Positions 13,578-25,052 of a DNA stretch of 64,000 bases are shown in pieces; the first letter of the stretch is position 1; each line of letters begins with the position of its first letter. The translations under genes were made by a program, and so were the position numbers. This DNA comes from Obrimoposthia wandeli (Eukaryota). The notes beneath the pieces were generated by a model. The model did not search any database. It saw only the letters and a program-made list of their open reading frames with translations, and was not told the DNA's origin. Location: positions 186,001 through 250,000 of the forward strand of contig CDROCS010003853.1 of the NCBI GenBank assembly GCA_977020255.1. Direction: 5' to 3'.

Positions 13578-14399
13578 TCAGGGTTCTACAATTGTCACTT
13601 TTTTCTTGTTCGTATTGGATCGGCTACTGGCACTAAGAGCGGAACGTCGGCGTAGTGACGCTTTGTGGTGATTGTTGACGACCAACTCGGTGTGATCTAC
13701 AGAGACAGTGGAAGAGCTTGGGTCGTCAGTGACACCCAATAACAGCGGAATATGACTGAATGCAGAGAGAATATAATCGATGGACGACTTTTTCCTGGAA
13801 CAATTGGTGTCCAGATAACAGCGAATCTCCTTCTGCATCTTGTAGTTGCGAGCAAGAATAATGTCTTCCATTCTGGTTCGCGGTTTGGTTTGATCTGGCT
13901 CCATTTCAAAGGAAACGTCTGACTCCCTTCGCTGTGGTTTTTTGTCAACAATGTCGAGCTCTTCAACCTTTGACGTTTTTCTGGGCCCTAGCTGGGCCAC
14001 AAGGTAGTGGTAGAAGTTGTTCTTCTCTAGAATCACTTTGTGGCTTGACTCGTTCTCGTCGATTTCCCGAAGACGAACTCGCTGCTGATAGATCTCCAGC
14101 ATAACGACACCACTGATGACGAAAGAAAACAGACCGATTCCACAGAAAAACGGGGCGAGATTCTTGAAGATAATCAGGCGGATTTGCAGGCTGCTTTTTG
14201 GCGAGAATAATAATCTTTTGTTTGTATCGAGTATCGTAAAATTCTCGGCATATTGGAATAGAAATCCGATTAGAATGACTCCGACTATTAACAGTAATCC
14301 TCCGATTGCTAGAAAAAGCCATGTACATCGAACAGCGAACCGAATACGGTTGTCGTCTTCACGTCGAGTCGAGAATCTCGATTTGGTTAGCAAATGCAT
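13578..14399 (-). CDS. Intronless two-transmembrane protein, TMEM200/DUF2371-like (~273 aa from ATG at 14399)
   Basis: Long open frame, GC-richer than its flanks. Two hydrophobic helices; LAPFFCGIGLFSFVISGVVMLE resembles TMEM200 [22 protein letters not shown]. Ser/Arg-rich C-terminal tail. Confidence 0.75.
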   Translation of the reverse strand: MHLLTKSRFSTRREDDNRIRFAVRCTWLFLAIGGLLLIVGVILIGFLFQYAENFTILDTNKRLLFSPKSSLQIRLIIFKNLAPFFCGIGLFSFVISGVVMLEIYQQRVRLREIDENESSHKVILEKNNFYHYLVAQLGPRKTSKVEELDIVDKKPQRRESDVSFEMEPDQTKPRTRMEDIILARNYKMQKEIRCYLDTNCSRKKSSIDYILSAFSHIPLLLGVTDDPSSSTVSVDHTELVVNNHHKASLRRRSALSASSRSNTNKKKVTIVEP

Positions 14400-15446
14400 G
14401 TAGAGACTTTTAAATGAAGACAATTATATACAATTACCAAAGCATAATCAAATAATACAAAAAAATATTACAAATAATATCACTACTAGTACTTTTATAT
14501 GATACTGGTACTACAATTTCCAAATATCCATACAATCTGATAGAAAAATCAACATAAAAGAAACTGAAACATAGGAAAATAATATTATTATGCTCAACAC
14601 ACGCTGTTAGACAGATAAAATTTAGACCAATGAATAGCGTTTATTTCTTTCCTCTGTTTTTCAGGCAGAATCTATGAACCAAATAACTGGTGTTAGTTGA
14701 CAACACTATTGTGAATTTCAAAATTAATAATTAATTCAATGCATAAATAAATCCGACAGACTTTCGTGGTACCTTGCAATTACAAAGGCACTTAACTTCA
14801 TTTGATTGATCATGATCGTAGTAGATAATAATTTAGTTTAACTGTATCAGAATGGATCAATTTGAAAATTAATTTATTATTACACTTACTGTGGATGGGT
14901 GCTATTTTTAATTTGGATTAAAATATATTCTATATATAGTCGAAGATGTCTTTTACTTATTATGTAAGAAACTTTCACTGCATTCCAAAGGCATATATAG
15001 TATGTGTGTAATGGCGTGTGTTATTGAATTGTAATTGATTTCTTTTGAGTTAGTCAGGAATTTCTGTAAACGACCGATGCATTTCTATGGTAAAGTCAAA
15101 TTTTGAATACGATATTTTAATGAAATATTAACAACTGGTGTCAAATTACAAAATATAATTAAACAACGTTAAACATCAAGACTTTCAAGTATTATTCAAT
15201 GGAAAAGTTAAGAAATTTTAATGAAGAAACAAACAATAGGCCTATTTTTAAATCCTCATCTTAATTTCATTTTTAAGGTAAATAATTTTAAGATAGCATT
15301 TTTTCATTTTTACAGTACAAAAAATACCTGATACCTTTAGAGGATTATTGTCGACGTCTATTGATTCCGGCTTAGTTTTGCCTATTTCTGGTCTTGGTTT
15401 TGGCCAGACCATTTGTGAAGTAAAATCTAAAGTGACTTAATCGGCT

Positions 15447-15629
15447 TGTTACATCAACCCCACACAACACAACAATAGTTTTATGGATCATCCAGTTATC
15501 CTAAACACAGACTACAACACAATACAACAAACCTTCAGATATTGAGAATAGGCAGGCCCCATAAATCTACATAACTCACGTTGGGGGCCTTCAGATGAGG
15601 ATTCTAGGTTTCCATAGAAAACCCCAACA
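15447..15629 (+). mobile_element. LTR 3' (U5) end, related to the solo LTR at 51221-53199; left boundary uncertain
   Basis: Ends CCCCAACA; shares ACCTTCAGAT and AACTCACGTTGGGG with 53050-53199; followed by a PBS. Confidence 0.6.
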
Positions 15630-15637
15630 TATTAAAT

Positions 15638-15655
15638 TGGTGCCCGAGTGAGGAT
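15638..15655 (+). promoter_or_regulatory. Primer-binding site (tRNA-Ile(UAU)-like, imperfect)
   Basis: TGGTGCCCGAGTGAGGAT 8 nt after the LTR end. Confidence 0.55.
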
Positions 15656-16099
15656 AGCTCGTCGGACAAAGTGAATTCAGATAGAATAAATAGAGAATTT
15701 AAGAATAAGTTGTTGAATAATTGAGAAGAATAAGAGATTAAGAGTAGATAAGCGATTTGAGATTAAGTGAATTAAGTAAATTGATATATGAGTTCGTAAA
15801 AACATTGCTGAATAATCGAGACATAAAATATAAAAGTAATAAGTGAATCGAAGTTGAAAAAATATAAATAAATACATAATTGATAAGATAACGAATAATC
15901 AAGGAGGACCCGCGTTTAATACTAAAAGACAGGGTCGAGTTGAACAGGTTCCTCGAGTAGATAAAGAAGTTACAGAAATATTTTGAGTCGAAGAAACAGT
16001 AAACAGAGACATAAATCGATCAGCAATTTCAACCGAGAGTTTTGATTTGAGTGACTTAATTGGCGAAGTGAATCAAAGAGATATTGAAATTACCAATCC

Positions 16100-17265
16100 A
16101 GGAAAGATTCCAAAAGTTAATTTGAACGATATTGAAGAAATAATTGAAGAATATGATTAATCAAGATGTGAATGTGGAACAGTTTGGACAAGTTTTGATT
16201 GAAACATTCTGATCCGTTTTACAGGCTTACTGTAGGTCGCGAAATTTAAAGGAGATGAGGAAAGTATTTGTGACTTCCTAGCAGAATATCTGAGTTGCAT
16301 AGACGTTCAAGGATAGAACTATAGAGAAAATGTGGATGTATGTAAGTGTATTTGACAGGACTAGCACTTGAAGTGTATAAACATATGACAGAAGCAAAAC
16401 GAGAAAAATGGGAAACATTGAAAACTGCTTTTATAAGAATACTTGTAGATTTATTTGTAGATTTACCGAAAGTGAATAAAGGAATTTGGAGAAAACGAAA
16501 ACTGAAACATGATGAGAGGGTAAATGAATACGAATTTATTTTGCTAATCTTGACAGCACGAGTGCATCCAAGAAAAGTATTGAGAAATTATGCAGACAAA
16601 CCTGTAGCTGCAGATGCACAATTAGTAGAAAATAATCGGAATCAAGGCAAAATGGCAGACGTTTTGCTAGATATATTTAGAAGTGGATTGAAAAAAAGAT
16701 ATTAAAGTATTATTAGTAGTATCGAATACAAATGATTTTGCTAATGCCGTGCAGAAGGCGACGGAAATTAAGAATAATATAAAGCATATGCAGCGTTAGC
16801 GATTTACACATTTACGACAAATTAGGACGATAAAACAAAACTGTTTGTGAATAAGACAGAACCAAGGAATTTTCAAAGTCGAAGTTATGGAAATATGAAT
16901 TTAGAGATAGAAATAGATGAGAAATAGAAGAGACGATCGGAATAATAATGCAAACAGAAGAGAGCAAAATAACTCGCGTTGAAGAAATAATTCAGGTGAT
17001 AGAAATGAAAGATTCAATAATCGAGGAGGCGGTTATGAATCGAACTTCCGAAGAAAGGATTTTAAATTATAACGAACAGAATAGTCGACGAGTACAGTTT
17101 GAAGATGAACAGAATAAAATAGATATTCGAGGAAGATGCGTAATACGAATGGGTCATTACGTGAGAAATTGTACCAGAAGTAAAGAATTCGGTAATGGTA
17201 ATTACAGAGGATATAACTCACCCCACCCTGGAATAGAGGTGGCAGGTATACTCCGTCACAGTTGA
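16100..17265 (+). pseudogene. Ty3/Gypsy gag remnant
   Basis: FKGDEESICDFL...YLTGLALEVYKHMTEAKREKWETLK (retrotransposon gag) and a degenerate knuckle MGHYVRNC; many stops. Confidence 0.75.
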
Positions 17266-18904
17266 AAACGAATAATTAGTACACGGATAGACAACAGTTA
17301 CCAGGAAGATATAATAATTATACAGATAAACATTAAATAGCTAAATAGTTAAAAATAATTTAATCTTTCAATGAAAGCTTGTTAATCAAATAATTAATTA
17401 GAAAATCCGTAGTTTTTTCTTAAGTTTTATACTACTTCTGTGTGAGTATCATGGGATAGAAAAATTCTTTCGATTAATGTATTCCAAAAATCAGTATATT
17501 GTTAAGATTTTTTGAATGTGTGTTTGTGTGTGTGTGTGTAACAGGAACGGTAAAGATTTAGTTTTAGAGGGGAAAAAAGCATAATATATTTGAGTGTATA
17601 TGGATATAAATTCTTACACAAGGCCCTTCAGAATTATATGGGTGCACTATAATATTTTCAGTATTAAGGGGTCTAAGATGAGGTTAAAATGTATTTTGTT
17701 GGATGAGAGTGTGGTATAAGTTTTTTAAAAACTCTAATACATTTTTGTATATAATTCATAAAGTCCTATATAGTGATTTAGTGGCAGTGGTATGGTACAG
17801 TCGGTACATGTGAGGCCATATTGGGAATTTCAGAAACTAAATAGTATTTCAAAAATCGCTGTGTTTACCGTCGTCGACATAGTGCTGCTGCCAGGGCCTG
17901 TATTTCAAAGGCTACGGATACCTGTGAGTAACCTATTAGTAGAATAAATGAGACAAATTAGATTGGATTATTTATTTAAAAAATATATTTTTTAATTTAC
18001 TTTGTTAAAAAATTCAACTTGAAATTTTGCCATCGGTGACATTGATGGAGAGGCAGCTGAAACCAGAAATCATTGCAAGCCAATGTCTTCAAGAGCTTTC
18101 ACAGACTCAGCTGTGATATCTGGCTTGTTCTAGACTATGACAGGTAAAATGATTTCTTATTTGAAAAAATAACATGCTTTTATTCATGCAGGAACCCGAT
18201 CAGGTGCAATACGTGCAGGAGGTGCTATGAGAGGCTTATCAATTTGTGCAGAAGCAAAGGCATTCATCGAGACAGGAAGCTGAATGTGACCAAGAAGATT
18301 ATCTCAGCAAAGTAGGTGACGATTGTGAAGCAGGGGAAACTCCCTCCGACAGCAGACGATGGGACAATCTTGTACTAGAAGATCCCAGTCGTGTCAATTG
18401 AGCTTTTTCCACCGCTGTCTCAAGGACGCCTGCAACTGTATGCAGAGGTATCTCCACGACAGACTCAGCGACCATCAGCACTGCTATGGGCTGTCAAGGA
18501 AACTCCAACGAATCTGAGCCATAATCTGAGTTAAGCATGGGAAGATACTGATATCACATCTCAGGCTGCAGAATCAACCAGTCAAAATATGCAAAAGAGC
18601 GGGCTCAATGCACGGTTGGATGAGTTCTTGGCAGAACTTGTCACTCCTCAACCGCAATAGCAAGCTCCATAGCCGTATCCTCTTTTCTAACATCACTAGT
18701 AACATCTCATGTATGATGAAATTCTCTTTCTAGTTGATCACGTCTGATGACTTCCCATTCCCCGAAAAATATTCATTTACAATAACGGTATCGTGTGAAT
18801 TGAATGCTTTTCTTCGTCGTATTGTTAATATGCTATGAAATCACAAATAACAGCTAGAATGATCTTCAAACATTTATTAGTTTATATTTTGACATAACCT
18901 ATAT

Positions 18905-20560
18905 CAGGAATAGAAAACCTATGACACGCATGTCCAGATTTTGTTGGCACGCGCTAAAAATACAGTTTAATACTTTTCATATGTAATTTTTTTTTAATTC
19001 AATTTTTTTCGAATATTTAAAAATACATATATACACCTTAAATTTTCTAAACATGCGTAGTTTTATATAATGAAACGCATGCTGCAAAAAATTCGGCTAA
19101 AGTACACTTATTGGAACCGTAGGCTCCCAATATTTTAAAGTACCTTATGTTGTTTGGATGGCCATAAAACTCTTTACTTTTCTGGCACTCGGACCCATCT
19201 GGACTTCAAGGGGCATTTTTTTACCTAAGAGTCACATCAAAGGGTCGTGTAAAGCAAATGGTAATGTGTCTGGAAGAAGTAGGAAGATATATACAATACT
19301 TCTTTTCATATTCGTGTTCAGCAGGACAATATCTATCATTTAGGACCACTCGGGTACTTCTGGCACTCTTAGATAAAAAAGAACCCTGGAGATCCATATG
19401 GGAATACTCTTATAAATACTCATATTTTCCGTATAATTAAGTACAGTAATAAAGTTGTGAGTGGAAAGTTGAATAGTTTAAAATTGTGTATTTTTTAAAA
19501 AGCAAAGAAGAAATTATATTTTTATCAAAAATCTTTTATTTTATTTGAAAAAACAATTATTTTTATTTAACGATTTAAATTATATTAATAATTATTAAAC
19601 TCCTTTATAAGAATGTAAGAAAATAAGAAAAGAAAAGGGGAATCCAGTTTAAACAGTTCCAGCAGACCGTTTCAAGATTTGAGGACCGATAAATATGGAA
19701 TGATAAAAAGCGAGAAAAATGCTATGTGTTTGTTATGTGGCAGCACAACAGTTTGCAGAACATCTTCGGTAAAACGTCATTGTGAAACTAATTCTCATTC
19801 CTTATATTTAAATTTAATTCAGAACAAAAAGAATATATTGCACAACAAATTAGAAACAGAAATTTGCAATAGGCTTCATTCACCAAATTTTGAAATCGCA
19901 CGAATTACCTAGTTGCCGCCAGTTTTGAAGTTTCAAAAACCATTGCTACGCATAGCAAACCCTTTAGCGATGGAGATTATATTAAAAAAAGATTTCCTTA
20001 ATTGAGCAACTCATTTATTTGAAGATTTTGAAAATAAGAATCAGATACGTAAACGCATTCGAGAATGTGTCATAAGTCGAAATACAGTTAAAGACAGGAT
20101 ATTAAAAATGTATGAAAATATCAGTATTCAAACAAAAAAATTATATACGTTCAGCGAATCTATATTCTATATGTCTTGATGAAAGCACTGGCATTACATC
20201 TCCAGCTCGCTTGTCAATGATTGCTCGTTGTGCTAAGGGAGAAACAATATTTGGGGAATTGCTTTCGCTAGTTTCCTTATCAACAAATACAACGGGAAAA
20301 GATATTTGTTACGCAGTTGTAAAAGTATTTCAAACGGTTGAGAAAGATACATCAAAAGATAGTGTCAATTACAACCGATGGAGCCCCTCAATGATAGGCC
20401 GACAAGCTGGTTTTGTATCACTTTTACAAGAACACATTGGGCATCCAATTATTAACTTCCACTGAATTATCCAACAACAGGTTCTATGCACGAAATCTAG
20501 ACTAACATCATTTGAAGATATTTTAGGTGTTAAACTAAAATAATAAATTTTATAGCTACC
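18905..20560 (+). mobile_element. hAT (Buster/Charlie; SPIN/OC1/GTF2IRD2-like) DNA transposon, 3'-truncated, transposase pseudogene ~19620-20510
   Basis: 5' end CAGGAATAGAAAACCTATGACACGC resembles hAT TIRs. BED finger CLLCGSTT..KRHCET, then SICLDEST, TTGKDI, TDGAPSM (frameshifted), INFH. Confidence 0.88.
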
Positions 20561-20569
20561 CGAGCTTTA

Positions 20570-21060
20570 AATAATAGGCAATTTGAGTTGCTTTTAATAG
20601 AAGTTGGTTCAAACTACCGTGGGCTACTATAGCGTTAGTGATATGATCTAGGTTTTCTGTGAATCCATTTGATAATAACCTATTCTTACAAAATTTAGGG
20701 TTCTCTACTGGTCTAGTGGTGGAGGCGTTTTGCGTAAGGTTTCGGATTCCTATAAGTAACGTGAAAGGTATATGGAAATATTCTAGCAGTGTACGTGGGT
20801 TGCTACCAATGATCAGTTTGTGGTTGATCATGGTCGACAATCGATTGACTACATCTCTTTGATCTGTTCTTCCTAGTAGATCTGGTTTTGCTAGTCCACG
20901 TTAGGTTGTATTAAAGTTGGTTATGTATGTACGCGGGTGTAAATGATAGTGGTGAACATTCTGCACTCGAAATCACATACTGTGATTTGGACTGGGTGAG
21001 CTTTGTTTTCTTTGTCGTACATATTACGATATGCTATTGCTATTGATTTGTGTTTGAAAA
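20570..21060 (-). pseudogene. DEDDh (ISG20/REX4-like) exonuclease remnant, third copy
   Basis: HPRTYITNFNTT*RGLAKPDLLGRTDQRDVVNRLSTMINHKLIIG aligns with TPRERIRNYVKFITGFTKKSLTGKTDAEEVIENAQSILVGNILIG of 29913-30404; QITVCD aligns with SITIID. Confidence 0.6.
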
Positions 21061-21127
21061 CTTCAGGTGTCTCATTCGTTCTAAAAAATGATTTACCTGC
21101 TAATGAAAAAGTAGCTAATCTGTGGTA

Positions 21128-21478
21128 TCAAGGTTCCGTTGGTATGCGGAAAATATATTCGTTTTCTGGCATGGGTTGTTCAACGAATGCATGAGTTATT
21201 GAACTAGTCACTCTTAGGTATACTTTGATAGGACATTTCTGGGTATATCGTTTAACTTTTCGTTCTTGCAACTTATTTCTTATAAGATGTTGGGATGTTT
21301 TATCTTTGCCTACATCGATGGTGTATTTGACTGTTCCTGTATTGAGACATATGGTGAACGGCATGGGTCCAAGATTTGGCAAAAGAAGGTGTATGTGGCT
21401 GCAATGTGCGTCTTGATCAGTTAGTTTTTGGGTTAATGCCATACTTGAGTCGATTCGGAATGTTTTGCACGTTTGCAT
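21128..21478 (-). pseudogene. Unknown accessory ORF upstream of the exonuclease remnant
   Basis: Same position relative to the exonuclease as ORF-X; weak shared motif HLIRNKL vs THIPNKL. Confidence 0.35.
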
Positions 21479-22249
21479 ACACTGTAAGACTTTTGGTCAT
21501 TTCGTTGATTTCATGGCTCAATGTGTGAAACATTACAGGAGTAACTTAGGGTGGTCCACGGTTGGAGGATTAAATTCGGTCATCTGCATTTAATATTGAT
21601 TTTAGATATTTTACTCTTTATATATTCCTAGTTTATTTTAACCTTATATAATTTAACAATCATGATAAAAATGAAAGATTTCATCATTTGCTAGTCGATA
21701 AAAATACGGTTTACAAACAATAATATTTATATTACATAATCGTCTACTGAATAAAAATACATTATAGGATACAATTCCTCTGGTGTTAACAAATTGATTG
21801 ATTAGACAGAAAGTAGGGAAGGTAAATGTGGCCAAATAATGTTCATGGGATACTGTTCAATATCAGGTTAATTGTTGTTATGAGTAAGATAGGATGGTGG
21901 TGGCTCGCTTGGAGGTGCTTCGTAGGTTGGTGAGTGATTTCGGATGATGGTTTTTTTTTCCTTTTTCCCAACGGACTGGTGCTGGATCAATATATTGACA
22001 TTGATTACAACTAATAATTATATATTTCATCTCCTCATCTGTACAGCTTAAATCAGCTTCTTGAATTTTCTTTTTTTCTTTTACATCGTTGTTAATATTA
22101 GAATTTCCATCATTATAAGCTGTTGCTGCAATATGTTCCGATTGATTATTAATTATCTACGTAATTGGTATTATTGTTAAGGCATCTGCTTTATTCTCTT
22201 TCATAGAAACACATTGAATTTTTACAGCTAATTCATATTCAGAAATAAA

Positions 22250-22636
22250 GATAGAGTCAACTGTTGTAGAGTCTGGGAATCTTTAGGTCGGTGAGCAGCA
22301 CGGGCACAGCGAAGTACTCTTTTAACTGTATCAGCAACTGGAGTATGGCTTTTGATCTCATCTAGAGCAGTAGCATTAGAGAATGTAAAGATTTGGTTGG
22401 GTTTGTCGTTGAAAGTGCTGGCTTGACTTTTCATTGAATGGCGACACAGTTCAATATATATTGCTGTCTGGTCTGCAGGGTGAGTATGTTTTTTGCAAAG
22501 ATACTCCATATATCCATTCTCTTTGTATATTTTAAGAACACCATTACAACTCTGACGTTTCACACAACGCCGTATTATTTCATATTTCGATTTCATTACA
22601 ACTTTAACAGTATAAATGAATCCACCTAAACAAAGC
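22250..22636 (-). mobile_element. FLYWCH/MULE transposase fragment, near-identical to 44268-44650
   Basis: KSKYEIIRRCVKRQSCNGVLKIYK...HTHPAD matches the element at 43957-45162. Confidence 0.85.
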
Positions 22637-24546
22637 CACCTATGCCCAGAAATATCCTATCAAAGTATACCTAAGAGCGACTAGTTCAATAACTCATGCA
22701 TTCGTTGAACAACCCATGCCAGAAAACGAATATATTTTCCGCATACCAACGGAACCTTGATACCACAGATTAGCTACCTCTTCATTAGCAGGTAAATCAT
22801 TTTTTTATTCTCAAATACAAATCAATATCAATAGCATATCGTAATATGTACGACAAAGAAAACAAAGCACACCCACAGTCTACGTTTAATTAACATTTGA
22901 TAAGTAGCCATACTATTTACTTTACCGCTATTTTTCAACACTTTATCTATCAAAATGTATCTTTAAATCCTCAATTCCATTGTCTTTCACCTTAATTGTT
23001 GTAAAGCTTAATTCTTTATAATCAGATTCATGCGACAATGTTAGTAAGTTTAATTCATTCATGGCGTCTTCTAGACTACCCAATTATAATTGATTTTCCA
23101 CTATTTCTGATAATGGTGGTTCTTCTATGTCATCTGTTTCGACTTCGAATTCTATCGTAGGTTTAATGGTTAACCTTTTTAGATGCCTACCTTTTCTAAT
23201 AATCATTTTTATAGATTTGAAAATCGTTCCACTAGTGGGAGGAATTTTTTAAAACTTAATTACTTTCTCCTTATGGTGGGTTATTTTGTGCTTGGTATTT
23301 TTATCATCTGTAGTCTCTAATTGTGCGTTGTGATATTTGCTTTTTATTTCTATGTAAGTATTTCTGAGTTTTTCGCTCATTCTCATTTTTTCTCATTTCG
23401 CTTTCTGAGCTCGTGTATATAAGTTCTTCCTCGTTTGTCTTTGATGAGACCTGATTATCAGGTGTGAGTATCGATATGATGTATCATGCATTAGCGGTTG
23501 GAAAAATCTGTTGTGCCCTTCCGATTATGGTTCTACCGTAGAAAAATTAAATACTTACTGTAGTCAAAATAGCATTACTGGTTGTATCTCTAATATACAC
23601 ATGGGCATGTGCGTCGGATGACTATTTTTAATTAACACTTTTAAGATATCTTCATAAGTAGAAATGATTACTCGAGGTGCAACTGATATCATGCCTACCT
23701 CGTTTTGTTCAATTAAAGGCTGTTCGTTAATTAATCATCTGATCATACTTACTTTTCGAGTTTTCACATTAGTTTTTTTTATTTTATACTTATTGTCGAT
23801 CTTTATTTCTACGTTCGCTATTTCTTCGTCTGTGATAACTGTTTTCTCGTTTGACTGTGTCTTAATTTTTGCATCAGCTACATTAATTTACAATGTTACA
23901 TCGATATTTTTGTTGGTTAATTTATACTCATCAGAAATTTACATACTACTGTCTTTCCATCAGAGAACTTTACCTTCATTACGCATAAAATTTCCTGTGT
24001 TTACAGTAATTAAGTGTACGTGTATTAATGTTGATTTGTAAAATTTTTGTGATAATGTTGCGATTATGTCTTGATGTTCGTTTAACATTAGTTTAGGTAC
24101 ACCATGTAATAATGGTTTCTAATTTATATCTAATTCATCTACTTCGAAAGTTAGGTTATGTATACTAATTATATCGTATATGGTGTCCTCATCTACATCA
24201 TATAAGTTGTCATAAAAAACTTTCTGCTTCTGGTAAGGTAAAACTGTTATATGTTACGGTTAAATTTGGTGTCATACGTAATGTTATTTGTAATTTAGTT
24301 AAGTTAAATAAATCATGTTATGTAGGTATTTTAGCTGCTAATGTTCTTCCATCGAAATATGTTATATTTAATTTAAAAGTTATTAATTCCATACATCCAT
24401 TTTTCGAACTCAATTTTTCTAGCTATTAATTCAATATCCGTGTTTAACGTTTATTTTTTTAGAAAATACCATAATTATGTCTTCCTCGTTATCTAAATTC
24501 TCTTCTGGTGTGAAGCATTTTGCCGGGAATTTTCACTGTCAGCTTT

Positions 24547-24977
24547 TGACGATTCTGGAAGTAATTCCCGGCTCTACACGCCCACACGCGTGCAACCGGG
24601 AATTATTTAGGGATTCCCCGGACAATCCGATCTGGGCTCATCTGCGTAGATCTTTGTTGGGGTACGAAACTCACCACAAAAATCCGCCAAGACCACAGAT
24701 CGAAGTGACCCATTAGGGGCTACTCGATCTGTGATCGAAACTTCCCCACATAAATATTATTATTATTATCTCTGGCTTCTCGTGATCTACCGCGAAGTCA
24801 GAGATAATGTGCCGTCCGCCTGATGAGCCCGACATGGAGAAACCGGTTAAGCCGGTCGGGGACTGTTAACTAATCTTATCAGGATTGAAAAATGCCAAAG
24901 TATATTCTAAAATCATTCAATTTCCCTAATTAAGGAAATTTCCCCTGGTTAATTTCCAATTAACGAAATAATTAACA
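24547..24977 (-). mobile_element. LTR-like segment related to the LTRs of the 12.5 kb element; boundaries uncertain
   Basis: 24770-24970 aligns with 29405-29560 and 41070-41280. A possible CTTT 4-bp flank occurs at 24543-24546 and 24978-24981 (could be chance). Confidence 0.6.
24814..24863 (+). ncRNA. Type I hammerhead ribozyme (stem II eroded)
   Basis: GTCCGC CTGATGA GCCC GACA TGGA GAAA CCGG TTAAG CCGG TC GGGGAC; core intact, GUC site at 24855-24857. Confidence 0.75.
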
Positions 24978-25052
24978 CTTTCAAAAATTAATTTTTTATA
25001 AAAACAATAAATACAAAAAATTAATCAATTAAATTACCCCAAAAACAAAAAT

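Larger units (their letters stand above)
20990..22880. repeat. Inverted duplication: 20990-21247 vs 22641-22880
   Basis: 22641-22880 is the reverse complement of 20990-21247, with scattered substitutions and a short deletion. Confidence 0.9.

Noticed and set aside
13697-14403. Overlapping ORFs 13697-13966, 13963-14328 and 14116-14403
   Set aside because: Alternative-frame or antisense shadows of the TMEM200-like CDS.
18000-18720. GC-richer block, possibly a LINE RT or gene fragment
   Set aside because: All frames are interrupted and no convincing motif was found.
23664-24041. Hydrophobic plus-strand ORFs (e.g. 23664-24041, 30646-30969, 41438-41770, 56352-56636)
   Set aside because: Antisense shadows of A-rich minus-strand retroelement coding sequence.
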